Shown: positions 1 through 7,583 of the stretch, in pieces
Layout: each line of letters starts with the position of its first letter
Position numbering within the stretch: the stretch's first letter is position 1
The notes under the pieces: model-generated
What the model saw: the letters and a program-made list of their open reading frames with translations, nothing else
What the model was told of the DNA's origin: nothing
Database searches by the model: none
From: Haloquadratum walsbyi C23
Lineage (GTDB): Archaea; Halobacteriota; Halobacteria; Halobacteriales; Haloferacaceae
Assembly (NCBI RefSeq): GCF_000237865.1
Contig: NC_017459.1
Span: 2,250,001-2,282,000, forward strand
DNA: 32,000 nucleotides
Direction: 5' to 3'
Translations under genes and position numbers: made by a program

Positions 1-1523
1 ACGCCGCACCCGCGATGGCCGATGCCGGGGTCGACTACGTCGCACTGGGGAACAACCACACGCTGGACGCATTGACACCGGGATTGGATGAGACCTTACA
101 GGCACTTTCTGCGGCCGGGATCGAACAGTCTGGTGCTGGCAAGTCCAGCACAGAAGCGTGGGAACCGACGTACTTCGAACGGCGGGGACTTACCATCGGC
201 TTGGTCTCCTGTACTACCGTTACGGGCGACCAGTACAATATCGACTGGTCAGCCGACGACAACCAGTCCGAGACATACTCAGTATCGGGAGACAACGTGA
301 CCGGGATACCCGACACTGAGCAACTGACGTTCTCCGGGAGTGTCGGGGTCGCAGCGGCGACTCGCGACCGAATATCTCGGACGGTATCGGAGGTCGATGC
401 GAACGCGGACGTAACCGTCGTCCAGATTCACGGCGGCTCCGAGTATCAACAGGAACCGACCGACAAAATCAGACGCCTGACCGAAACGGCAAAGACAGCG
501 GGTGCAGACGTTGTCGTCAATCACCATCCACACGTAACCGGTGGAGTGGAACTGCAGGATGAGACACTGGTCGCGTGGACGCTTGGAAACCTCGTGTTCG
601 ACCAAGAGTTCTGGTCGACGTTTCCGTCGTATCTCTTGACGGTCCACGTCACTGCTGATGGAATTCCCAGAGCGTACGTTGACCCGCTATTAATTGAAGG
701 ATACGTTCCGAAAGGGGTGGTCGACAAACCGAGGACGTGGCAACTCCGAGAAACTGCCGCGTTGTCGTCGGATGAGTTCTCACTTGACCACGACAGGCTG
801 GAATACATCGCAAAAGACGAGACACCGGCCCGGACAGCAACCCGAACGCTGGACGGAAATGGGACGATTTACACGCGGAACTCGGGATGGGTCAACCGAG
901 TCATAGACGGGGCGGAGTCTGTCGAACTGGGCCGTGACCTGCTTCCGACTGGAACGTTCGACGACCCTGATATCGACGACGATCGGCACGAAGGTCCGTT
1001 GTGGCGGTTCAGTCGTGGAGCGGACTCCAACGGTCCGGAGTTCGGATACGACGGGAGTGGCGGGATTCAACTCTCTCGAACCGCGGATAACACCGAACGG
1101 TCGGTTTTGACGACGACCGAGCGTGTACCAATGGTCGGACCGACGACCCTTCTCGGCCAGTACCGCCACGAGACGGACACCCGACTGGAACTGCTCGTGC
1201 GATGGTACGAGTCGACCAGTGGTTCGGCACTCGATTCAATGTTGATCGACCTCGACCGAACGACTGGCTGGGAAAGTCTCGAACGGTCGCTGTCGACACC
1301 CGAGGAAGCTACCCACGTCCGCTTTTATTTCCGGCTCTATCCTCCCGATGACGGAGAGAAACGCGTCGCCAATTTTGACAACATTCACTTGGTCGAATGG
1401 ACCGAGTCAGCAACCAGCAGCGACAAAGACTGCGATTTCCTCCGTGTGCATGAGTCCTCGACCATCGAGTTTACATCGAGTAGCCAATCTGACGAGGCTA
1501 TCTCGTGGGAAGCTCTCGATTAA
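1..1523 (+). CDS. CapA/PGA_cap-family (poly-gamma-glutamate synthesis-like metallophosphatase fold) protein, 5'-truncated by the window edge, with an extra C-terminal domain
   Basis: ORF 15..1523 stays open in the same frame back to base 3. Motifs VALGNNHTLD, IHGGSEYQ and VVNHHPHV are typical of the CapA family, which normally has about 100 aa before the first motif. The C-terminal ~230 aa (ends HVRFYFRLYPPDDGEKRVANFDNIHLVEW) resembles a carbohydrate-binding-module-like beta sandwich (inference). Codon usage is GC-rich, unlike most of the window. Confidence 0.7.
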   Translation, partial: AAPAMADAGVDYVALGNNHTLDALTPGLDETLQALSAAGIEQSGAGKSSTEAWEPTYFERRGLTIGLVSCTTVTGDQYNIDWSADDNQSETYSVSGDNVTGIPDTEQLTFSGSVGVAAATRDRISRTVSEVDANADVTVVQIHGGSEYQQEPTDKIRRLTETAKTAGADVVVNHHPHVTGGVELQDETLVAWTLGNLVFDQEFWSTFPSYLLTVHVTADGIPRAYVDPLLIEGYVPKGVVDKPRTWQLRETAALSSDEFSLDHDRLEYIAKDETPARTATRTLDGNGTIYTRNSGWVNRVIDGAESVELGRDLLPTGTFDDPDIDDDRHEGPLWRFSRGADSNGPEFGYDGSGGIQLSRTADNTERSVLTTTERVPMVGPTTLLGQYRHETDTRLELLVRWYESTSGSALDSMLIDLDRTTGWESLERSLSTPEEATHVRFYFRLYPPDDGEKRVANFDNIHLVEWTESATSSDKDCDFLRVHESSTIEFTSSSQSDEAISWEALD

Positions 1524-1971
1524 TCTATCTCAGCACGGAACAAGAGTGATATTGACGAACGTGGGCAAAAAATCGGTCAGGCGGTGTTTGACCTCTACGA
1601 CCTCGAGGATGAAAACGTACAGGAACACGTAAACAGGTACAACGCTCAGCACGATTCCGTTCGGCTGCTAGACCCGCTGGAGTGACCTCTGTTTAATTAC
1701 TAATTTTCAACTGTCCTCTATTAGAGTGTAGCAGATACGATTCTCTGACGTTCGTTCACTTCTTTCCCGAAATGTATGGATAGAAGGCTGGCCTCGGCAC
1801 TCATAGGGTTCATCATTGATGGATGCCACTCCAACTCAGAACGGTATCATCGTCATCAGCCAATTATATCATTCATCACCAATCAAAAGAACATTGTGCC
1901 AACAGAATCCCGGGTGTGGTTGTATTCGATAACTGCACGTTCTGCAGACAGTCACTCAAAACGATATATGT

Positions 1972-2583
1972 CTAAATAACCTGAGCGAATGCAAGCGTCC
2001 CACTTGTTCGTTCAATTTGCACACGAACGGTCTGCCCTTCTTCGGCACCGGAAACAAAAATCGTGAATTTTCCTTTTTCTGCAACGCCATCACCTTTGCG
2101 TCCGGTTCCGGTAATCTCAACTTCATACGTTGCTCCCTCTTCAACAGCTGGACCGGATTGTGATTGTTGCTGTGTTGTTGTTTGCTTTTGAACCGGACGA
2201 AATGCTCCACAAGCCTCACATCGGAGCATATCAACGCCATTTTCTGTGGTAAGTCGGGTGTCAGGGAGTCCACACTCGGTACATGTGACATATTCAATAA
2301 CGTATTCATCAATCGCCGCTTCAAAATCTGCAACCGAAAATGAGCCGTTGTACCGTGCACGCTCATCCTCAAGTTGCCCGTTTGTCCCCAATTCGCCCTG
2401 AACATTCCGATGAACATGTTCAGCCGGACGACCAAGTGCATCGGCAATCTCTCCAATGTTTGTCAATCGGGTGAATGCACCATCAGTTTCCCCCACTGGA
2501 TCTGGGATTGAAAGACGTGACTCTTCATCACGACGCTCTGGTAATTCATCAAGTGCTCGATTAAGAGATTCAGTATAGTCCAT
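1972..2583 (-). CDS. tif2b: translation initiation factor aIF2 beta subunit with C-terminal TRAM-like domain
   Basis: 203 aa. It has the zinc ribbon YVTCTECGLPDT...LRCEACGA characteristic of e/aIF2-beta. The C-terminal part YEVEITGTGRKGDGVAEKGKFTIFVSGAEEGQTVRVQIE is TRAM-like, as in haloarchaeal aIF2-beta. Confidence 0.9.
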   Translation of the reverse strand: MDYTESLNRALDELPERRDEESRLSIPDPVGETDGAFTRLTNIGEIADALGRPAEHVHRNVQGELGTNGQLEDERARYNGSFSVADFEAAIDEYVIEYVTCTECGLPDTRLTTENGVDMLRCEACGAFRPVQKQTTTQQQSQSGPAVEEGATYEVEITGTGRKGDGVAEKGKFTIFVSGAEEGQTVRVQIERTSGTLAFAQVI

Positions 2584-3585
2584 ACTGACGTGAGCACATG
2601 CGCGCGTATATCCGTTGTGTCATAAATGTTGTCAGGCATACGGATGGATTTCTCTGGCACTGCCGCCTTGTTAATTTTTATACATGGTACGGGCGCAATC
2701 CCACGCCTGTTCATGGCGTGGATACGCGGCGTCATACTGTGGTTTTCAAACGATTTTGCTGGAAAACAGCGCATCGGTTATGCCCCCGATATAGTCGAGT
2801 GCCCGAAAGGTGACGGTTCGAATGTGAGTGTCCGCCCACGCTGGAAACAGGGTGCCCCATGTGGGAATCAAACAACGAGTATCGGGCTCTCGTTACCAAT
2901 ACAAGTAACTCCGAGTCCAGTGACGGTGACATTGACCGAAGCTCCTGTGGAAAAAACAACATAGGGAGTTCACTTCGGGGGAGGAGTACTGGGGGCTTGA
3001 CACTCCCTAGAGATTGCGTAGTGACCGGCCACACAGATTCCAACGGTGGACTGGCTTGATATTAGTAGTCTGCAAACCCAAACTCAAACCCAAAACTGAC
3101 GCTCCCAACCAAGCGAAGCGATGCGGTGCCGTGGGATTCCTCTCGCCTTCAGTTGGAGGAGGATGTCAATGATTAGTCTCCGGTGAGACAATAACAAGGT
3201 TTGATTTATCAACAAGATTATGAAGCTGATCTGTTGATTGCGTCTCAAATTGTCGTTGGCATCGCTGCGTCCATGATGTATCTGTTGTTGGGTAGCTTGC
3301 AAGCGACTGTGGATATGCTGCAGATGAGGCCTCAGCAGTGGCGTGTGTTGATGATTCGGCTTGATTCTGTGTTGTTGTGCGTGGATTCGTGCTCATGATT
3401 GATTTTGACTTTGATTTTGATTGTGTGACATAGCGTTACGTTAGACGGTATCGGCGAAGAATAACCGCGTAGTGGTGCATACGATGGGAGATGGATTACT
3501 GATGCACGCGTACAATCTTCATATATTCTATGATGATGGGGTGTATAATAAACTTTAATGATTTATTGTGTAATGTGTCGAGGTA

Positions 3586-4722
3586 TCATGCATCAACAGG
3601 AGATTCAGCACTCCGTTCACGAGCGGCAGCAACAAGTAATGGGAGTGTAATTGTTGCATCCCCCAGCACAGTCGCGTTCGCTGCTGATGGCTCTAATTTC
3701 CCCCACGAGCGTGCTTCATCAAGTGTTGCCCCTGAAAGTCCACCGGTGGCATCTGGGTCCATCGTTAACTGCACACCATAGTCATACGCGCCAGGAATTG
3801 TGAGCATTGTCTGAAGTACATAATTCTTTGGCACACCCCCACCGACGACCACAGCACCAGCACGCTCAGCGTCAAACGCACGGTCAGAGAGATGCGTCAT
3901 ATCGTCTAGTGCGTCAAGACTGAATGAAGAAGTCTGTGAGTATACCCAGGCCTGAATTCCCAGAACTGAATCCTGAATTGCAGGACAATATATCGGAACA
4001 TCGTGGTTGTATGCTGCTGCGGCAATACCCGGATCTTCATCGATATCATCTTGAGTGTTTTTTTCAGCGTTTGCTCGGCCAAGTTCAGCGGTAAGTTCCT
4101 GAATTGAGATCTGACGTTCTACAGCAGGGAAGACATTTTCACGGAGATGCGTCTCTAAGAGCGCAAAGTGTTCTTGTGGGAGATATACATTATAAATCCG
4201 GTCAACACCCTCCTCACGTAGTCGCTCATCATGCGCACGTGTTCCATCGGTTTGAGTGTGTGTCTGCTCAGAAGCATCATCAGTCCCATCATGCGAGCTA
4301 GCATTTGATGAGTGGGCTTGCCCATGGTGGTGTTTCCCACCAATAGCTTCGATTGCATCATGTGTAAGATTCGCTCCTGTTGTGACAAGTGCATCAATAT
4401 GTCCATCGCGGATGAGATCAACGATAATCTGTCTCATCCCAGCCGGAACCATCGCCCCTGCGAGCCCAAAGAAAATATCAATATCATCGCGAGCAAGCAT
4501 TTTCGTATAAATATCAACCGCGGTATCCATCGAAGCGGCGCCAATCCCTGCGTGTTCATATTCGCTTGCGAGTTCGCCAACCGTCATTCCCGCATTTACC
4601 CGGGCATGTTGAATTGGATTTGATTGAAATTCATCACGAGTGTGCGTTGTCTCCTCTGTTTTGTCAATGTTGGATTCGTTTTCGTCCGGATCATTATTTG
4701 GGTTGCTCATATATCTGAACAA
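3586..4722 (-). CDS. dhs: deoxyhypusine synthase
   Basis: 378 aa. The deoxyhypusine synthase core is readable: IFFGLAGAMVPAGMRQ, DALVTTGANLTHD, VPIYCPAIQDS, GGGVPKNY, SWGK. It also has an acidic N-terminal extension and an internal His/Ser/Thr/Asp-rich insertion. Confidence 0.9.
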   Translation of the reverse strand: MFRYMSNPNNDPDENESNIDKTEETTHTRDEFQSNPIQHARVNAGMTVGELASEYEHAGIGAASMDTAVDIYTKMLARDDIDIFFGLAGAMVPAGMRQIIVDLIRDGHIDALVTTGANLTHDAIEAIGGKHHHGQAHSSNASSHDGTDDASEQTHTQTDGTRAHDERLREEGVDRIYNVYLPQEHFALLETHLRENVFPAVERQISIQELTAELGRANAEKNTQDDIDEDPGIAAAAYNHDVPIYCPAIQDSVLGIQAWVYSQTSSFSLDALDDMTHLSDRAFDAERAGAVVVGGGVPKNYVLQTMLTIPGAYDYGVQLTMDPDATGGLSGATLDEARSWGKLEPSAANATVLGDATITLPLLVAAARERSAESPVDA

Positions 4723-4768
4723 GTAACCTGAGCGGTTAGCTTCGGCGATTTAGCTGAATACAGGCGCT

Positions 4769-4839
4769 GACCCCCATCCCTCAAGGAGCACCGCAGTCCG
4801 CGTGAGCGGACAAAGAGCACAGTAGGGAGGGGAGGGAAT
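4769..4839 (+). repeat. dispersed intergenic repeat, copy A (long variant with internal hairpin gtccgc-gtga-gcggac)
   Basis: The ends gacccccatccctcaagg ... gtagggaggggagggaat match the ends of copies B (8458-8514) and D (21031-21078). Confidence 0.6.
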
Positions 4840-4852
4840 ATAGCGTCGTCAT

Positions 4853-4863
4853 CATCTAGTTAT
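4853..4863. repeat. target-site duplication (left copy) catctagttat
   Basis: An identical 11-mer directly abuts the outer ends of both terminal inverted repeats (4853-4863 and 7120-7130). Confidence 0.9.
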
Positions 4864-4941
4864 CACCCGTTATCGCTTTAGCAGGATAGCCATCAGCATG
4901 ATCAATGCTATCAGGACCGCGACTGTCTGTGAAGCTCCTTT

Positions 4942-5439
4942 CTACAATCCCAGTTCTCGTCGAAGCTCCTTTTTCGCGTCAATATCGCCGGATGCGTGAC
5001 CGAGAGCAAGGTCTGTGACTACTGACTGCCAGTCTTTGACTTGGTCCATGAGTTCTTCGTAGACTTGGTCTTCTGTTTTGTCCCCAACATCCACCGTTCG
5101 AACTGCGATCCAGCCTCGTTGAGGGAAATATTCGATCACGGCGCCACCCGTCTCCGTCTGTAACGCGATGCGTTCGGTCAGTCCCGTTCCGGGACTGCCG
5201 CTCATCAACGGCAACGCAGTTCGTATCTTCTCGGCGTTTGCCACTGCTTCAACCGTCTCAACCGGGAGTGACTCATCAGGAAACGTTGAGAGCACGTCTC
5301 CCTGTGTAATTTCTCCCATCTCTTCGACGATTTTCTTGAGGTGATCTGGTGCGTCAAGAGCAGGACCAGGACAATCGTGGAGCCGAAGCTTCGTCAACGT
5401 CTGGAACGTCTCACCGCACGCGTCGCATGTGTGGGCCAT
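4942..5439 (-). CDS. IS passenger protein with N-terminal zinc-finger-like motif, function unknown
   Basis: 165 aa, acidic, GC-rich codons. The N-terminus MAHTCDACGETFQTLTKLRLHDC fits C-X2-C-X12-H-X-C. It lies inside the IS, divergent from the transposase with a 103-bp shared upstream region. Confidence 0.7.
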   Translation of the reverse strand: MAHTCDACGETFQTLTKLRLHDCPGPALDAPDHLKKIVEEMGEITQGDVLSTFPDESLPVETVEAVANAEKIRTALPLMSGSPGTGLTERIALQTETGGAVIEYFPQRGWIAVRTVDVGDKTEDQVYEELMDQVKDWQSVVTDLALGHASGDIDAKKELRRELGL

Positions 5440-5542
5440 TGGTCACTCTCAACTGTGAGTTCGCACCCATCCCAAATTGGTCTTTTCCTACCTCGTCTCT
5501 CCAAACGGTAGACTTCTTTCCGTCTTTCCGGTCTATTGAGAC

Positions 5543-6913
5543 ATGAAGCGGTGGCTTTACCGAATTGTCCAGTCACTTCGGACAGCACTTCCAGAAGAGG
5601 CCGTGGCGCGAACTGCTCGCGCCACGGACCTCGTTCAACGAGGTCGAGAAATCGGATCAGTGCCGTTTCTCTGGTCGTTCCTCTTTGGAACGACACAGTC
5701 AGACGGCTCTGTAACCAAGGTACGGAACTTCTACGAGGCGTTCACTGATCACGACGCCGCCTATTCGTCGATCCAGCAGTGGATCACGCCCGAACTCAAG
5801 CAACTGCTCAGCGAGACGTTTGCTCACCTCAACATCGAACTCGGCGCAACAGAATCTTCTCTCGGCGGGCGGTTTGATCGCTTCCGTGATGTCTTCATCA
5901 CAGATGCGACTGACTGCACGCTCTCAGCAGCTTCCTTCGAGGATTTTCCCGGCTACAGCGACGATCATGCTGGAGCACAGCTCCACATGATCGAATCACT
6001 CGCTTCGCGTGCACCGTTTTTCGCCTCAATCACCGACGTTCGTACTGACGAGTTGAGCCAACTCCAGATCGGTGACTGGGTTGCTGATTCACTGCTGTTG
6101 GACGATCTTGGCTACCACGACTACGGCAAGATTGCACGGATTGACGAGCTTGGTGGCTGGTTCGTGAATCGGCTGAAAGTCAACTCAAACGGCCCGATTA
6201 CCGAAGAACTCGAGAGATGGCCCACAGGTGCCATCTCTCTGGAAGGCACCCACATCCAAGATGTCCTTCCAGACCTCTACCGCAGCGAAATCGACGCACT
6301 CGCGCAGTTCGATACACCAAGTTCAGACAGCGAACTTCTCCCCTGTGAGTTCCGCCTCGTCGTGACGGAGTCCGACGAGGCGGCTGATGAAGAAGACGCA
6401 CCTGACGCCGATCACGAGTATCACCTGTACGTGACGAATCTCCCGAAAGAGTGGTTCTCGCCCCGGGAAGTCGCAGCGTTGTACTCTGCGAGATGGAGCA
6501 TTGAAACGCTCATTCAGGAAGCGAAATCCGTGTTCGGCCTTGACGAAATCTCGGTCCGGACGACGGAATCGATCGAGTGTTTCATGCTGGCGTCGATGGT
6601 GATGGTACTGCTCAGCCGGTACTTGTTGCGGCAGATTCGAGCAGGGCTCGGATCTGCCCGCGATAGCTCCGTTGAGGAAGAGACTGAGACACAGCCGATG
6701 TCGTTCTCGAAGCGTCTTCGGGCGTTTGGAACGGATATTCTGAGGATGCTGGCCGAGCAGTTTGGATACTCGGGGGAACCGGGGGAAACGATCGTCAAGA
6801 GTGCTATTGATCGAAATGTGAACCGCCACGCGCTCACGGAGCGAGTGGCGTACGGGACCGTTGATCCAAACCTCACGAAGGCCGGAGAATTGGCGACAAT
6901 CCGGCCCGGCTGA
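5543..6913 (+). CDS. IS4-family DDE transposase
   Basis: 456 aa. Candidate catalytic residues lie in FITDATDC, LLDDLGYHDY and YSARWSIETLIQEAK, the last being the Y-(2)-R-(3)-E-(6)-K motif diagnostic of the IS4 family. Confidence 0.9.
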   Translation: MKRWLYRIVQSLRTALPEEAVARTARATDLVQRGREIGSVPFLWSFLFGTTQSDGSVTKVRNFYEAFTDHDAAYSSIQQWITPELKQLLSETFAHLNIELGATESSLGGRFDRFRDVFITDATDCTLSAASFEDFPGYSDDHAGAQLHMIESLASRAPFFASITDVRTDELSQLQIGDWVADSLLLDDLGYHDYGKIARIDELGGWFVNRLKVNSNGPITEELERWPTGAISLEGTHIQDVLPDLYRSEIDALAQFDTPSSDSELLPCEFRLVVTESDEAADEEDAPDADHEYHLYVTNLPKEWFSPREVAALYSARWSIETLIQEAKSVFGLDEISVRTTESIECFMLASMVMVLLSRYLLRQIRAGLGSARDSSVEEETETQPMSFSKRLRAFGTDILRMLAEQFGYSGEPGETIVKSAIDRNVNRHALTERVAYGTVDPNLTKAGELATIRPG

Positions 6914-6931
6914 ACGCGTCAGCCGGGCCGG
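6901..6931 (+). terminator. perfect 13-bp GC-rich stem-loop enclosing the transposase stop codon
   Basis: ccggcccggctga-acgcg-tcagccgggccgg. The TGA stop (6911-6913) lies in the left arm. It could be a terminator or a regulatory hairpin. Confidence 0.5.
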
Positions 6932-7119
6932 GTAATGCCGCAGTGAGTGGCTACACTCTTGGTCACACAGCTCTCCGACGGTGTTTCACTCCTCCACCGA
7001 GACCCGGAGTGTTTTGCTGATTTTGACCTGCGTAAGTCGCGTTCCACACTTCAGCAGCACCGTAGACGCTCCAAGCTACCGACCTGAACGGTCATCTGGA
7101 CCTAAAGCGATAACGGGTG

Positions 7120-7130
7120 CATCTAGTTAT
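7120..7130. repeat. target-site duplication (right copy) catctagttat
   Basis: See the left copy at 4853-4863. Confidence 0.9.
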
Positions 7131-7232
7131 ACACTGTGCGTCGGCAGACTCGCCTATGTAAGCAGTTACATTGTCGGACGCCGGACGAAACAATAAAATA
7201 GCTGTTCCGATCTGTCGGCTTCGATTCGCTCG

Positions 7233-7583
7233 TCGTTCCATTCGGAACGAGTTGATCCGTGCGAGGCTGACGGACAGGGATCGCGTTTGAACGCGACAAG
7301 AAGCGTGCGTTGTCCCACGGAATCACCCCGTCGAGCAACTAGGAGTGGGACACTCCGAAGAAACGTCCCCAGAAATCTCCGAGTTCTGGTTCTGGTGTGC
7401 GAACGAATCGCCCCGCGATTCGTCAACGCCTGTGGAGACTGCACTCCCTGTGGATACATCTGTATCTGCAAAGTGCGTTCACCAGACTCCGTCTGGTGGG
7501 CTGTCAGACGCAGTCTGACAACGTCGTAGAAGCAGGAAGCCCAACCCCGCCCTCAGCGAAGCCGTCAGGCCGGCAGGGCGGGG
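7233..7583. other. GC-rich noncoding segment with a cluster of eight perfect palindromes/hairpins
   Basis: The stems are 7233-7250 (7 bp), 7281-7296 (6 bp), 7342-7356 (6 bp), 7403-7423 (9 bp), 7453-7466 (6 bp), 7480-7498 (8 bp), 7502-7520 (8 bp) and 7545-7583 (9 bp, 21-nt loop). No convincing ORF lies here. Confidence 0.7.

Larger units (their letters stand above)
4864..7119 (+). mobile_element. IS4-family insertion sequence (2256 bp) with transposase plus one passenger ORF
   Basis: The perfect 18-bp terminal inverted repeats are cacccgttatcgctttag (4864-4881) and ctaaagcgataacgggtg (7102-7119). They are flanked by the 11-bp direct repeat catctagttat. The DDE transposase inside carries the Y-2-R-3-E-6-K signature. 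GC content is visibly higher than in flanking host genes. Confidence 0.9.

Noticed and set aside
1776-1979. 67-aa ORF in the spacer between the CapA-like gene and tif2b.
   Set aside because: It is a non-acidic, Ser/Ile/His-rich translation with no motif. It overlaps the 3' end of tif2b on the opposite strand.
2780-3060. Possible RNase P RNA or SRP (7S) RNA. The segment contains cccgaaaggtgacgg, gtccgcccacgctggaaacagggtgcc and a 3' acagattcc...ggactggcttga, which resemble RNase P CR-IV, P4/P5 and CR-V.
   Set aside because: The nearly invariant GGAAAGUCC of CR-I is absent on both strands, and a canonical P4 pairing cannot be drawn. The SRP helix-8 motif (GGUCC-GGAA-GG..AGCAG) is also absent. 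I keep it only as an unassigned structured candidate.
3073-3423. The hexamer tracts as a CRISPR array or other spacer-repeat array.
   Set aside because: There are only two short tracts of 6-nt units in opposite orientation. There is no repeat-spacer periodicity and there are no cas genes.
7166-7529. ORFs 7166-7471 (-), 7287-7529 (+), 7397-7594 (+) and 7479-7661 (-) in the hairpin block.
   Set aside because: They are Arg/Ser/Thr-rich basic translations with no motifs. The region is better explained by its palindrome content.
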